This document shows, piece by piece, positions 10,450-19,964 of a stretch of DNA of 64,000 nt (position 1 is its first letter; each line of letters starts with the position of its first letter). Source of the stretch: an uncultured Bacteroides sp. (lineage in GTDB: Bacteria > Bacteroidota > Bacteroidia > Bacteroidales > GCA-2748055); contig CAYWGP010000245.1 in NCBI GenBank assembly GCA_964458155.1, positions 2,521 through 66,520 of the forward strand. The letters run 5' to 3'. The translations under genes and the position numbers were made by a program. The notes under the pieces are model-generated. The model was not told the origin of the DNA, ran no database searches, and worked only from the letters and a program-made list of their open reading frames with translations.

Positions 10450-10527
10450 AAATACACTCTTTTTTATTTCATTTCAGGTAAATATAAGATTTTGGCTGAA
10501 CAATTAGTTTCTTTACTTTTAAGCAGA

Positions 10528-12480
10528 ATGATTGACCAGCAAACCATAAATCAGATTTTCGATACCGCCGACATCGTGGAGGTGATTTCTGATTTTGTTA
10601 CCCTTAAGAAAAGTGGGACCAACTTCAAGGGTCTCAGTCCCTTTTCCAATGAGAAGACCCCTTCTTTCATGGTTTCTCCTGCAAAGGGAATTTTTAAAGA
10701 CTTTAGTTCAGGAAAGGGTGGGAATGTGGTCGGTTTTCTTATGGAGCATGAGAAACTCTCTTATCCGGAAGCCCTCAGGTACCTTGCCAACAAATATAAT
10801 ATTGTCATTGAGGAGAAAGAGCTTACGGCTGATGAAATTCAGCAAAGAAATGAGCGGGAAAGCCTGATGGCAGTTACCACCTTTGCTTCCAATTACTTCC
10901 ATTCCCAGTTTTCCACCGAAGAGGGCCGGGCCATCGGTCTGGCATATTTCAGGAACAGGGGCTTCAGGGACGATATTCTTAAAAAATTCCAGCTGGGCTA
11001 CAGCCCTGAAAAGCGCACCGCTTTTACCGAAGAGGCGGGGAAAAATGGCTATAAAAAGAACTACCTGGTACAAACGGGTCTTTCCATTGAGCGGGATGAC
11101 AAAATGTTTGACCGTTTTGCAGGAAGAGTAATTTTTCCCATCCACTCCTTATCCGGTAATGTTATTGGCTTTGGTGGCCGTACACTGAAAACAGATAAAA
11201 GCATTGCCAAATACCTGAACTCGCCCGAATCTGATATCTATCATAAGAGCAAAGTCCTCTATGGCCTGTTTCAGGCTAAAAAAACCATTGTTTCGGCTGA
11301 AAGATGCTTCCTGGTGGAAGGTTATACGGATGTCATCTCCATGCACCAGGCCGGTATCGAAAATGTGGTTGCCTCCTCCGGCACAGCTCTTACAACCGAG
11401 CAGATCAGATTAATTAAGCGTTTTACCCAGAATATAACCATACTCTACGACGGGGATGAGGCGGGTATCAAGGCATCTTTCAGGGGGATTGATATGATCC
11501 TTGAAGAGGGCATGAATGTCAAAGTGGTCATGTTTCCTGAGGGGGAAGACCCTGACTCCTTTGCCCAATCTCACAGTTCATCGGCATTCCTGGAATTCAT
11601 TCAAAGCAGCGAAAAAGATTTCATCTCTTTTAAAACGGAGATCCTCCTTGCAGAGGCCATGCACGATCCCATCAAAAGAGGTCATTTGATCAGCGATATT
11701 GTCAGATCCATCTCAGTGATTCCTGACGGAATTATGCGTAGTGTCTTCCTGAAAGAATGCAGCCTGCTACTTGGTGTTGAAGAACAGGTACTCTACACGG
11801 AGACGAATAATATAAGACACCGCAGGCAGGAACAACAATGGCGCAGGGAGCAGTCGGGGCGTCAATCCCGAACTGAAGCGCCAACCAGCATTCCACGGCA
11901 ACCCGTAGTTCCTGGTTTTGTAGAAAATGTATATTCCGAAGTAGAGGAACGCGAGATTATTTATTTCCTTTTGAAGTTTGGCAATCAGAAACTTCATATA
12001 AGTGGAGAGGAACACACGGAAATAAGCGTTGCCCAGTATATTATCAGGGAAATTCGAAACGATGAACTCGAGTTTACTAATCTGATATACAAACAGATAT
12101 TTGAAGATGTTAAAGACTTAATTGAACATGGAAACGAGGTTGCCGAGCGTTTTTTTATATATCATGACCAGGCTGGAGTAAGAGAACTTGCAGTTGATAT
12201 TTTTACTTCCCGCTATGAATTAAGCAAGGTCTGGAAGCGCAAGGAAGCCTATGTTGAACTACCGGGGGAAAATCTGGGATTTGAAGTTCCTAAATCCCTG
12301 CTTTCTTATAAGATGATGGTTATTGAGACGGCATTGAATCAACTCCGGAAAGACCTGGAGGCAAACGAAAAAAAGCAGGATATAGAAGCTCTAAATCAGG
12401 TTATTCTTAGAATCCAAAGCCTTGAAAGGATCCGGCGCGAACTCTCTATCGGACTGGGCGGACGGGCCATTATACGTTAA
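10528..12480 (+). CDS. dnaG: DNA primase DnaG
   Basis: NEKTPSF and GGNVVGFLM belong to the zinc-binding-domain scaffold. The TOPRIM domain is intact (EGYTDVISMHQAG, LYDGDEAGIKA). I chose the start at the ATG at 10528 (MIDQQTINQIFD…). Confidence 0.93.
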   Translation: MIDQQTINQIFDTADIVEVISDFVTLKKSGTNFKGLSPFSNEKTPSFMVSPAKGIFKDFSSGKGGNVVGFLMEHEKLSYPEALRYLANKYNIVIEEKELTADEIQQRNERESLMAVTTFASNYFHSQFSTEEGRAIGLAYFRNRGFRDDILKKFQLGYSPEKRTAFTEEAGKNGYKKNYLVQTGLSIERDDKMFDRFAGRVIFPIHSLSGNVIGFGGRTLKTDKSIAKYLNSPESDIYHKSKVLYGLFQAKKTIVSAERCFLVEGYTDVISMHQAGIENVVASSGTALTTEQIRLIKRFTQNITILYDGDEAGIKASFRGIDMILEEGMNVKVVMFPEGEDPDSFAQSHSSSAFLEFIQSSEKDFISFKTEILLAEAMHDPIKRGHLISDIVRSISVIPDGIMRSVFLKECSLLLGVEEQVLYTETNNIRHRRQEQQWRREQSGRQSRTEAPTSIPRQPVVPGFVENVYSEVEEREIIYFLLKFGNQKLHISGEEHTEISVAQYIIREIRNDELEFTNLIYKQIFEDVKDLIEHGNEVAERFFIYHDQAGVRELAVDIFTSRYELSKVWKRKEAYVELPGENLGFEVPKSLLSYKMMVIETALNQLRKDLEANEKKQDIEALNQVILRIQSLERIRRELSIGLGGRAIIR

Positions 12481-12875
12481 TTTCCATCCGGCAAATCCAG
12501 GATTTCCCCAAGCTTTATCAAAGCCTTTTTTAAAGCCTCCTCTATAACATGAAATCCCTCAATCTGCTGGTGCCTGTACTGGATTATCAGATTAAGCTTC
12601 TTATCTTTTTGCTTCAATACAGAATACAAATCCGCTTTATTGAGCCTGTAAGCTTCCCTGATTCTTCTTTTCAGAAGATTTCGGTCAACCGCTTTTTTAA
12701 ACAGCCTCTTGGGCACCGAAACTGCCATGGAAGCCAGATGGGGTCCCTCCCCATCCATCTTATAAAGAAGCCTTAAGGGTGGTGAATAGATCGAGCTGCC
12801 TGCTTCAAACAGTGAAGAGATGGCTTTCCTTCCGGAAAGCCTTTCGCTTTTGGATAGTGAAAACTCTTTTACGAT
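12477..12875 (-). CDS. rnpA: Ribonuclease P protein component
   Basis: VPKRLFKKAVDRNLLKRRIREAYR is the RnpA RNR-like motif. The conserved N-terminal part (FSLSKSERLSGRKAISSLFEAGSSIYSPPLRLLY) lies upstream of the first ATG (12758). The only start-like codon in frame after the stop is ATC at 12875. The minimal ORF is 12477..12758. Confidence 0.8.
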   Translation of the reverse strand: MVKEFSLSKSERLSGRKAISSLFEAGSSIYSPPLRLLYKMDGEGPHLASMAVSVPKRLFKKAVDRNLLKRRIREAYRLNKADLYSVLKQKDKKLNLIIQYRHQQIEGFHVIEEALKKALIKLGEILDLPDGN

Positions 12876-13636
12876 TTCCCGTTAATCTTGTTATGCTCTA
12901 TGATGAAGTTCTCCAGGGCCATGGTCATAGAGGGAGCCTGCGGCTGGGGAGCTGTAATATCCAGGCGTAATCCAGCATCTTCTGCGGCTTTTTTGGTCTT
13001 GGCACCAAATGAGGCAATCTTAGTATCGTTCTGCTTAAAATCGGGAAAATTCTGGAACAATGATTTAATTCCTGACGGACTGTAAAATACCAGAATATCA
13101 TAATTCACATCGGCCAGATCAGAAAGGTCGCTGCACTCGGTTCTATAAAGAATGGCTTTTGAGAAGTTGAAATTGCCCTTCTTCAAAAGTTCCGGAATCT
13201 CCTCCATGTGTGCTGCAGAAAGTGGCAAAAGAAATTTTTCACCTTTATGCTTATTCATAAGTTCCACCAGGTGGGGAATCATGCCGTTCCCATAAAATAT
13301 TTTTCTCTTGCGGTAGACAATGTATTTCTGCAAATAATAGGCAGTTGCTTCCGAGACACAGAAATATTTCATAGTGTCCGGAACACTTGTCCGGGTTTCC
13401 TCGGCCATCCTGAAATAATGGTCAATTGAAGTCTTACTTGTAAAAATAACCGCTGTATGAGATCCAATATCAACTTTTTCCTGCCGAAAATCTCTGGCAG
13501 TAACACCTTCCACATGAATAAAAGGCCTGAAATCAATTTTCAGATTGTGTTTACTGGCTAAATCAAAGTACGGAGATTTGTTATTCTCAGGTTCTGGCTG
13601 AGATACAAGGATTTTCCTTATTCTTCCCATATACAT
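12869..13636 (-). CDS. hemD: Uroporphyrinogen-III synthase family protein
   Basis: About 250 aa, with ILVSQPEP…, VIFTSKTSIDHYF and VFYSPSGIKSLF, typical of Bacteroidetes HemD-like proteins. It is adjacent to a DUF4271-like gene, as is usual in this phylum. Confidence 0.8.
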   Translation of the reverse strand: MYMGRIRKILVSQPEPENNKSPYFDLASKHNLKIDFRPFIHVEGVTARDFRQEKVDIGSHTAVIFTSKTSIDHYFRMAEETRTSVPDTMKYFCVSEATAYYLQKYIVYRKRKIFYGNGMIPHLVELMNKHKGEKFLLPLSAAHMEEIPELLKKGNFNFSKAILYRTECSDLSDLADVNYDILVFYSPSGIKSLFQNFPDFKQNDTKIASFGAKTKKAAEDAGLRLDITAPQPQAPSMTMALENFIIEHNKINGKS

Positions 13637-13655
13637 TCCGTTTTAAAATCTCAAC

Positions 13656-14408
13656 TTAAAGGATACCTTCTAACCACCTGTATAATAATATTAGAGGTGC
13701 TATTTCAAGGGCACAAAGGTACAAAAACATATAGATAATTAAAACATCTTTGCGGTAAGAAAATACCAGGGTCCTGATCAGCCTCATAAGAAGAACGCCT
13801 GAAAGAATAAACAAAGTGAGCCAGAACAGCGCTTCCTGCAGGGTTCCCCTCGTATATATCAGCAGGAATACCAGCGGAAGAGCGGCCAGGCCCAACAGCT
13901 TATTATAAATAAACATGTTGTATAAATACTCCCTTACTGCTCTGACCTGGTTAAAAAGGATTCCGGAAATAGTGTAAATCAGCACCCTGCCAAAAAAAAG
14001 ACCGGCCAGCAAAGCCACATTTAAAAGATATAATAAGGCCCCCTGCAGTCCATAGGGGTTTAAACCGATTTTTAACTCTAAATAGTAGAGTAAAAAGGCC
14101 ATACTCAGGAAATAAAACAGGTAGAGTAATCCATCTAACTGATTCTGCAGCAGACTATTACTCTTAAACATTTTGCTGGTAGCCTGATAGTTGGCAGCGG
14201 CCTGCACTGTTTGTTTCAATATCTGTCCATAATAGATTCTGATCCATGCAAACAGGCCAAGTAATATAAAAAGATAAATAAAATACCAGGTAGGTTGATA
14301 GATCTGCATCCTTTCCACAAAGTGCAGACCAAAGGTTGCTTCCTCCGGTACACGATCAATGCCCGAGCCCGCAAAAATGCTTAAAATAGTGGTGTCCTGA
14401 ACCTGCAT
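13656..14408 (-). CDS. DUF4271-like polytopic membrane protein
   Basis: Six to seven hydrophobic helices, and conserved synteny with hemD in Bacteroidetes (recalled from memory, not searched). Confidence 0.65.
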   Translation of the reverse strand: MQVQDTTILSIFAGSGIDRVPEEATFGLHFVERMQIYQPTWYFIYLFILLGLFAWIRIYYGQILKQTVQAAANYQATSKMFKSNSLLQNQLDGLLYLFYFLSMAFLLYYLELKIGLNPYGLQGALLYLLNVALLAGLFFGRVLIYTISGILFNQVRAVREYLYNMFIYNKLLGLAALPLVFLLIYTRGTLQEALFWLTLFILSGVLLMRLIRTLVFSYRKDVLIIYMFLYLCALEIAPLILLYRWLEGIL

Positions 14409-14426
14409 TTATGGAAAATATGATCA

Positions 14427-14434
14427 CAAAGATA
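14427..14434 (-). promoter_or_regulatory. Candidate -7 box (TAnnTTTG on the minus strand) for the DUF4271-hemD-rnpA unit
   Basis: The plus strand reads CAAAGATA, which is TATCTTTG on the minus strand, 19 nt upstream of the ATG at 14408. Confidence 0.35.
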
Positions 14435-14546
14435 CACATCACTCTTACTTAAAAAAGTTAATAAGCTTGGAAGAATTGAATTCTTTATAGTTCCTTTATA
14501 CCTGTTTAACACAAGCGTATAGCGTTATCTTATAAATTGTAAGGAA

Positions 14547-16244
14547 ATGAAACAAAAGAAATATATCATAGTCGCAGCCGGAATTCTTATTCTTTTTTTG
14601 AGTGTTGGTTTTTCGACCCTGAAGAACAAGGACCTTGAGCTGGTTAAAAATCTGGATATCTATTACACTCTTTTCCGGGAGCTGAATATGTTCTATGTGG
14701 ATGAGACTGATCCGGAAAAGCTTGTCACCACCAGCATTGAAGCCATGCTATCCTCTCTTGATCCCTATACTACTTTTATTCCGGAGTCTGATATGGACGA
14801 TTTTCAGTTCCAGACCACGGGAGAATACGGAGGCATCGGCTCCTTGATCCGAAGATCTGGAGATAAGGTGATGATCGCTGAACCTTATGAAGGTTTCCCT
14901 GCCGCCAAAGCGGGCATCAGGGCAGGTGATGTGATCCTTAAAATCGACGGGGTCCCTACCACTGTCATGGAGCTTGAATCGGTCAGTGATAAACTTAAAG
15001 GAAAGCCCGGAACCGCACTTACCCTGGATATTGAACGTTATGGGGAAGAAAAACCTATTGAAGTTGAAATAACCAGGGAGAAAATCTCAATTTCAAATGT
15101 CCCCTACTATGGCATGATAGGTCCGGGTACGGCTTACATGCGCATAACTAATTTCACTAACGGGGCTAGCCTGGAGGTTGAAAATGCACTGAAAGCACTT
15201 AAAAAGGAGCATGAATTGAATTCCCTCGTTCTGGATTTTCGTTCCAATCCGGGAGGACTCCTTATTGAAGCAGTTCGCATCTGTAATTTATTTGTTGATA
15301 AAGGCGAATTGATCGTAAGCACGCGTGGAAAGATGGAACAGTGGGATTCTGAATATTCTACTACCCGGGATGCCATTGACAAAGAAATCCCGCTGGTGGT
15401 CCTGGTAAATCGCGCATCCGCTTCTGCATCAGAAATCGTGGCCGGAGCACTGCAGGACATTGACAGGGCTGTAGTTGTTGGCCAGAGGACTTTTGGAAAA
15501 GGCCTGGTTCAGACTTCCCGTCCGCTGAAATATAACGCACAGTTGAAGGTAACAACCGCCAAATACTATATTCCCAGTGGTCGCTGCATCCAGGCCCTGG
15601 ACTATACACACCGCAATGAAGATGGTAGTGTGGGAGTAGTGCCCGATTCCCTTATCTCTGAATACCACACACGTAATGGCCGTTTGGTTTACGATGGTGG
15701 GGGTATTCAGCCTGATTTTGAAGTGATCCCGGAAAGGCTCTCAGAAATTACAGTACAACTCTTCACCCAGGACATGTTTTTCAATTTTGCAACCCTTTAC
15801 AGGAACACGCTTGAAGAAATTGCATCTCCCAAAACATTTTCATTATCAGATGAAGATTACAACTTATTTGAAGCATTCCTCAAAGAACAGAACTTTGAAT
15901 TTAAAACTGCAAGCGAAAAGCAATTTGATAACCTGGTGGCAAGCGCCAAAAGGGAAAAATACTATGATCTGGCCAAAGAGGAATTCGCTTCCCTGGAGGA
16001 AAAGCTATCTCACGACAATCTGATGGATCTTGAGACATTTGAAGAGGAGATCAGGCAAATTCTTAGCGAAGAGATTGTGAATCGCTACTATTATCAGGCT
16101 GGAAGAGTCTTATCCCAGATTCAGCAGGATCCTCAACTGGATAAGGCCAGGGAAATTCTCAATGAACCCGGCATGTATAAAGATGTATTAAATGGAGATC
16201 AGGGGGCGCTGGCAAAGGCCACAAAGGCAGATATATTACCTTAA
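14547..16244 (+). CDS. ctp: S41 family C-terminal processing peptidase
   Basis: N-terminal signal/anchor, a PDZ-like segment (GIRAGDVILKIDG), the catalytic region RASASASEIVAGALQD, and TFGKGLVQ (Ser/Lys dyad context). Confidence 0.9.
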   Translation: MKQKKYIIVAAGILILFLSVGFSTLKNKDLELVKNLDIYYTLFRELNMFYVDETDPEKLVTTSIEAMLSSLDPYTTFIPESDMDDFQFQTTGEYGGIGSLIRRSGDKVMIAEPYEGFPAAKAGIRAGDVILKIDGVPTTVMELESVSDKLKGKPGTALTLDIERYGEEKPIEVEITREKISISNVPYYGMIGPGTAYMRITNFTNGASLEVENALKALKKEHELNSLVLDFRSNPGGLLIEAVRICNLFVDKGELIVSTRGKMEQWDSEYSTTRDAIDKEIPLVVLVNRASASASEIVAGALQDIDRAVVVGQRTFGKGLVQTSRPLKYNAQLKVTTAKYYIPSGRCIQALDYTHRNEDGSVGVVPDSLISEYHTRNGRLVYDGGGIQPDFEVIPERLSEITVQLFTQDMFFNFATLYRNTLEEIASPKTFSLSDEDYNLFEAFLKEQNFEFKTASEKQFDNLVASAKREKYYDLAKEEFASLEEKLSHDNLMDLETFEEEIRQILSEEIVNRYYYQAGRVLSQIQQDPQLDKAREILNEPGMYKDVLNGDQGALAKATKADILP

Positions 16245-19048
16245 TGCGCTTCAAGCCAGTTTGATCCTTCTCCCATTTCTACTGTAAGAGGTACGGAAAG
16301 CCTTGTGGCATTTTCCATTTCTCTCCTGGTGATTTCTTTAACTATATCCAACTCATCGGGCCAAACATCAAAGTCCAATTCGTCATGAACCTGTAAAATC
16401 AGGGCCGATTTTAATTGCTCTTTTTCGAAATTTTCCTGAATCCGGATCATAGCAATTTTAATGATATCAGCTGCTGATCCCTGAATGGGTGAGTTAATGG
16501 CATTCCGCTCTGCGTTTCCTCGCACTACCGAGTTCCTGGAAAGGATATCCGGAAGAAGCCTCTTCCTTCCAAACATGGTCTCCACATATCCATTTTCCCG
16601 GGCCATGCGGATAGAGTCATCCATATATTGCCGTACTTTCGGATATGATTCAAAATAACCATCTATTAATTCCCTGGCTTCCGTCCTTGAAATATGCATT
16701 CTTTGTGCTAGTCCAAAGGCAGAGATTCCATAAATAATCCCAAAATTTGCAGTTTTAGCACGGCTCCTCATTTCCCTGCTCACTTCCCCGGGATTGATTT
16801 TATAGATTTTAGCTGCAGTGGCCGTATGAATATCCTCATTATCAACAAAAGCAGCGATCATCTGTTCGTCTCCGCTCAGGTGTGCCATGATTCTTAGCTC
16901 AATCTGGGAATAATCTGCTGAAAAGAATATGTTTTCCTTACGCTCAGGAATAAAAGCCCTGCGGATTTCTCTTCCCCTTTCCTCGCGTATGGGGATATTT
17001 TGAAGGTTGGGATTTACAGATGATAATCTCCCCGTTGTAACCAGGGCCTGGTTAAAGGAGGTGTGGATTTTCCCGGTCTTCGGCTTGACCAACTGGGGAA
17101 GAGCTGAAACATAAGTTGTTAGAAGCTTCTTTAACGACCTGTATTCCAGCATTTTATTAATAATGGGGTGCTTATCCTTCAGTTGTATAAGAATTTCTTC
17201 CCCCGTAGCATACTGCTTGGTTTTGGTCTTTTTTGCATTCTCGACTATTTTCAATCTCTCAAATAGAACGATCCCCAGTTGTTTTGGGGAGCTTATATTG
17301 AATTCCATACCAGCCAGGGAAAAAATCTCTTGCTCCGTCTCCAGAATATCTTCACGCAACTTTACCGACAAATGATTCAAGGCATCCACATCCAGCTTAA
17401 CACCCTGGTGTTCCATTTTCATCAATACTGGTATCAGGGGCATCTCTATTTGGCCGCATAAATCTTTGAAGCCCTGCTCCTCTACTTCCGTTTTAAAAAT
17501 CTCTGCCAGTTGCCAGGTAATATCCGCATCCTCTCCTGCATATTCACAGGCCTTTTGTGGATCAACCACTCTGAACGATGATTGCCGGGATCCCTTCTTA
17601 CCAATAAGAGACTCTATTTCTACCATGGCATAATTCAGATATTGCTCAGCTAAAACATTCAGATTATGTTTCTGCTCGGGCCTGAGAATAAAATGTGCAA
17701 TCATTGTATCAAATAAATCGCCCTTAACATCTAATTCGTAATTCTTTAAGATGTGTAGATCATACTTCAGGTTTTGTCCGATTTTCTCGATGGACGGCTT
17801 GGAAAAAGCTTCCTTCAGAAGGCCCAGCCACTCCAGGCATATTTTCCTGTCCTCCGGAAAGGCAATATAAACAGCCTTATGAGCTTCCCAGCTAAAAGCA
17901 ATTCCCACCAACTCAGCCTCCAGCGGATCCAGTCCCGTAGTTTCTGTATCAAAACAGAAGGACTGCAGCCCGGAAAGTTCTCTTGCCAGACTTAAGACAC
18001 CCTCCCTGTTATCGATCAGGCGATAGTTATGTTCTACCGTCTCAATTGAAATCAGTGTGCTCTCAGCAGATGTTCCTTCAATTCCGGGAGAATCTCCGAA
18101 AAGAGAAGCCTGTCCGCTAAATCCTTCCTGTGACTTTTTTTCTGCCGGAACGGCATGTTCTGCGGATCCGTCCCGGGAAAGACTTAAAACGCGAGAGGCT
18201 ATGTTTTTGAATTCCAGGTTGTTAAACAGCTCTTGTAAAGCGTCCTTATTCAGGTCCTTTCTTCTTAAATCTTCTGGAGTCAAGCTAAGCGGAACCTCCA
18301 GTGAAATAGTTGCCAGCTCCTTTGAAAGAATGACCTTTTCCTTTGAATCTTCCAGGTTTTCCTTCTGCTTGCCCTTTAACTGATCAATATGGGCATAAAC
18401 ACCTTCCACCGAATCGAACTCACCGATCAGCTTTTTAGCCGTCTTCTCCCCAATTCCCCTGGCTCCCGGTATGTTATCAGCGGCATCTCCCATCAGGGCA
18501 AGAATATCAATGACCTGTTCTGATCGTTCCACGAGGAACTTTTCTCTCACCTCTGCGGGGCCCAGCACTTCAGCTGCTCCTCCGCCCCGCCCTGGTTTAT
18601 ACATAAAAATCCGCTCCGACACCAGTTGAGCAAAATCTTTGTCAGGGGTCATCATGTAGACAGTAAAGTCTTCTTTTTCAGCATGTTTAGCAATAGTCCC
18701 TATCACATCGTCGGCCTCAAATCCTTCTTCTTCAATAACGGGAATATTAAAACCTTCAATCAGTTTCTTAATGTAGGGCACCGCGGTCTTTATATCTTCG
18801 GGGGTCGCGTCTCTGTTGGCCTTATATTCAGGATACATTTGATGCCTGAATGTGGGGCCGGGAGGATCAAAAACCACTGCGATATGTGTAGGATCCTCTT
18901 TACGAAGAATCTCTTCCAGGGAAAGCGTAAAACCAAAAACTGTAGATGTAGGTATCCCTTTAGAATTGGTCATGGGATTTGATATGAATGCATAATAAGC
19001 CCTGAAAATCAAGGCATATGCATCCAGCAGGAATAGTTTCTTTTCCAC
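16241..19048 (-). CDS. polA: DNA polymerase I
   Basis: 935 aa with a 5'-nuclease N-terminus (LLDAYALIFRAYYA), a 3'-5' exonuclease domain (FDTETTGLD), and polymerase motifs (DYSQIELR, RRxAKTxNFGIIYG, QVHDEL). Confidence 0.97.
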   Translation of the reverse strand: MEKKLFLLDAYALIFRAYYAFISNPMTNSKGIPTSTVFGFTLSLEEILRKEDPTHIAVVFDPPGPTFRHQMYPEYKANRDATPEDIKTAVPYIKKLIEGFNIPVIEEEGFEADDVIGTIAKHAEKEDFTVYMMTPDKDFAQLVSERIFMYKPGRGGGAAEVLGPAEVREKFLVERSEQVIDILALMGDAADNIPGARGIGEKTAKKLIGEFDSVEGVYAHIDQLKGKQKENLEDSKEKVILSKELATISLEVPLSLTPEDLRRKDLNKDALQELFNNLEFKNIASRVLSLSRDGSAEHAVPAEKKSQEGFSGQASLFGDSPGIEGTSAESTLISIETVEHNYRLIDNREGVLSLARELSGLQSFCFDTETTGLDPLEAELVGIAFSWEAHKAVYIAFPEDRKICLEWLGLLKEAFSKPSIEKIGQNLKYDLHILKNYELDVKGDLFDTMIAHFILRPEQKHNLNVLAEQYLNYAMVEIESLIGKKGSRQSSFRVVDPQKACEYAGEDADITWQLAEIFKTEVEEQGFKDLCGQIEMPLIPVLMKMEHQGVKLDVDALNHLSVKLREDILETEQEIFSLAGMEFNISSPKQLGIVLFERLKIVENAKKTKTKQYATGEEILIQLKDKHPIINKMLEYRSLKKLLTTYVSALPQLVKPKTGKIHTSFNQALVTTGRLSSVNPNLQNIPIREERGREIRRAFIPERKENIFFSADYSQIELRIMAHLSGDEQMIAAFVDNEDIHTATAAKIYKINPGEVSREMRSRAKTANFGIIYGISAFGLAQRMHISRTEARELIDGYFESYPKVRQYMDDSIRMARENGYVETMFGRKRLLPDILSRNSVVRGNAERNAINSPIQGSAADIIKIAMIRIQENFEKEQLKSALILQVHDELDFDVWPDELDIVKEITRREMENATRLSVPLTVEMGEGSNWLEAH

Positions 19049-19060
19049 GTTAAGTTTTAT

Positions 19061-19513
19061 TTACTGCTGATTATCAGAGGCATACCATTCAGCATAAGAA
19101 GTGGCAGTCTCATATAGTTTAACAGAAAACAGTCCAATGCCTGGTGGAAGAAGAACCTGAATTATTTCCGCTATATGGATGACCAGATTTTCACAGGTTG
19201 GCTGAAAATCAACAAGATGAACCTTATCATACATCTCATTGGGCTCCTTTGGGAGATAATTTCCCGCTTCTTTGTTTAAGACAAGGGCATGGTCAAAATG
19301 ATCCACCACCGGTCCTTTTACAAGAGTCTTCAGATCGCCAAAATCCAGAACCATCCCAAGTTTAGAATCCCTGGTTTCTGTTATAGGTTTACCTATAATG
19401 CTTATGCACAGCTTATATGAATGGCCGTGAATATGCCTGCATAAACCATCATAATTCCACAGTGCGTGGGCCATCTCAAAATGAAACTCTTTGCTTACCC
19501 TTACATTATTCAT
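19061..19513 (-). CDS. queD: 6-carboxy-5,6,7,8-tetrahydropterin synthase (PTPS family)
   Basis: FHFEMAH plus CRHIHGHSYKL (the Cx3HGH motif). Confidence 0.88.
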   Translation of the reverse strand: MNNVRVSKEFHFEMAHALWNYDGLCRHIHGHSYKLCISIIGKPITETRDSKLGMVLDFGDLKTLVKGPVVDHFDHALVLNKEAGNYLPKEPNEMYDKVHLVDFQPTCENLVIHIAEIIQVLLPPGIGLFSVKLYETATSYAEWYASDNQQ

Positions 19514-19528
19514 GCGTACAATGATTTA

Positions 19529-19828
19529 TCACTCACTAGCACATTCGCTGATACATCGAATCAGTGCGCTCAGGTTTTTACTTTTAAGATAATATAGGGT
19601 GTTTTTACCCCTTCGTTCAGAAGCAAGGATCCCCTTATCCTTCAGGATACCAAGATGGTGGGAGGCTGTGGATTGCTCAATTTTAAGCAAATTGTGAATT
19701 TCTGTTACACTCAATTGTTTTTCCTCTCCCAGGTAAGCCAGTATCGCCAAACGCATGGGATGAGAAATAGCCTTTATCATATTTGCCGCCCGTTCTACTT
19801 CTTCAGGATTCAGTTCCGAGAACTCCAT
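19529..19828 (-). CDS. ArsR/SmtB family transcriptional regulator
   Basis: Winged HTH: ISHPMRLAILAYL…LSVTEI…STASHHLGILKDKGIL. There is no alpha3N CxC site and no alpha5 His/Asp site. A C-terminal C92-x3-C96 pair is present. Confidence 0.85.
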   Translation of the reverse strand: MEFSELNPEEVERAANMIKAISHPMRLAILAYLGEEKQLSVTEIHNLLKIEQSTASHHLGILKDKGILASERRGKNTLYYLKSKNLSALIRCISECASE

Positions 19829-19854
19829 GACTATAATGAATTGTTTTCAAATAC

Positions 19855-19883
19855 ATATTGAACAAATACAAATATATCAATAT
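19855..19883. promoter_or_regulatory. Inverted repeat (candidate ArsR-type operator) in the arsR/ispB divergent region
   Basis: ATATTGA (19855-19861) and TCAATAT (19877-19883) form 7-bp inverted arms 15 nt apart. The left arm contains TGAACAAATA, which resembles SmtB/CzrA-type operator half-sites as I recall them. Confidence 0.3.
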
Positions 19884-19936
19884 TTAAGGTTTTTAATATG
19901 TTATTTTCCACTGGCCTGATTCAGCATTCTTTTTTC

Positions 19937-19944
19937 TACCTTTG
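19937..19944 (+). promoter_or_regulatory. Candidate -7 box TAnnTTTG for the polyprenyl synthase gene
   Basis: TACCTTTG lies 21 nt upstream of the ATG at 19965. Confidence 0.4.
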
Positions 19945-19964
19945 AAAATTCCCAATCAAAGTCT

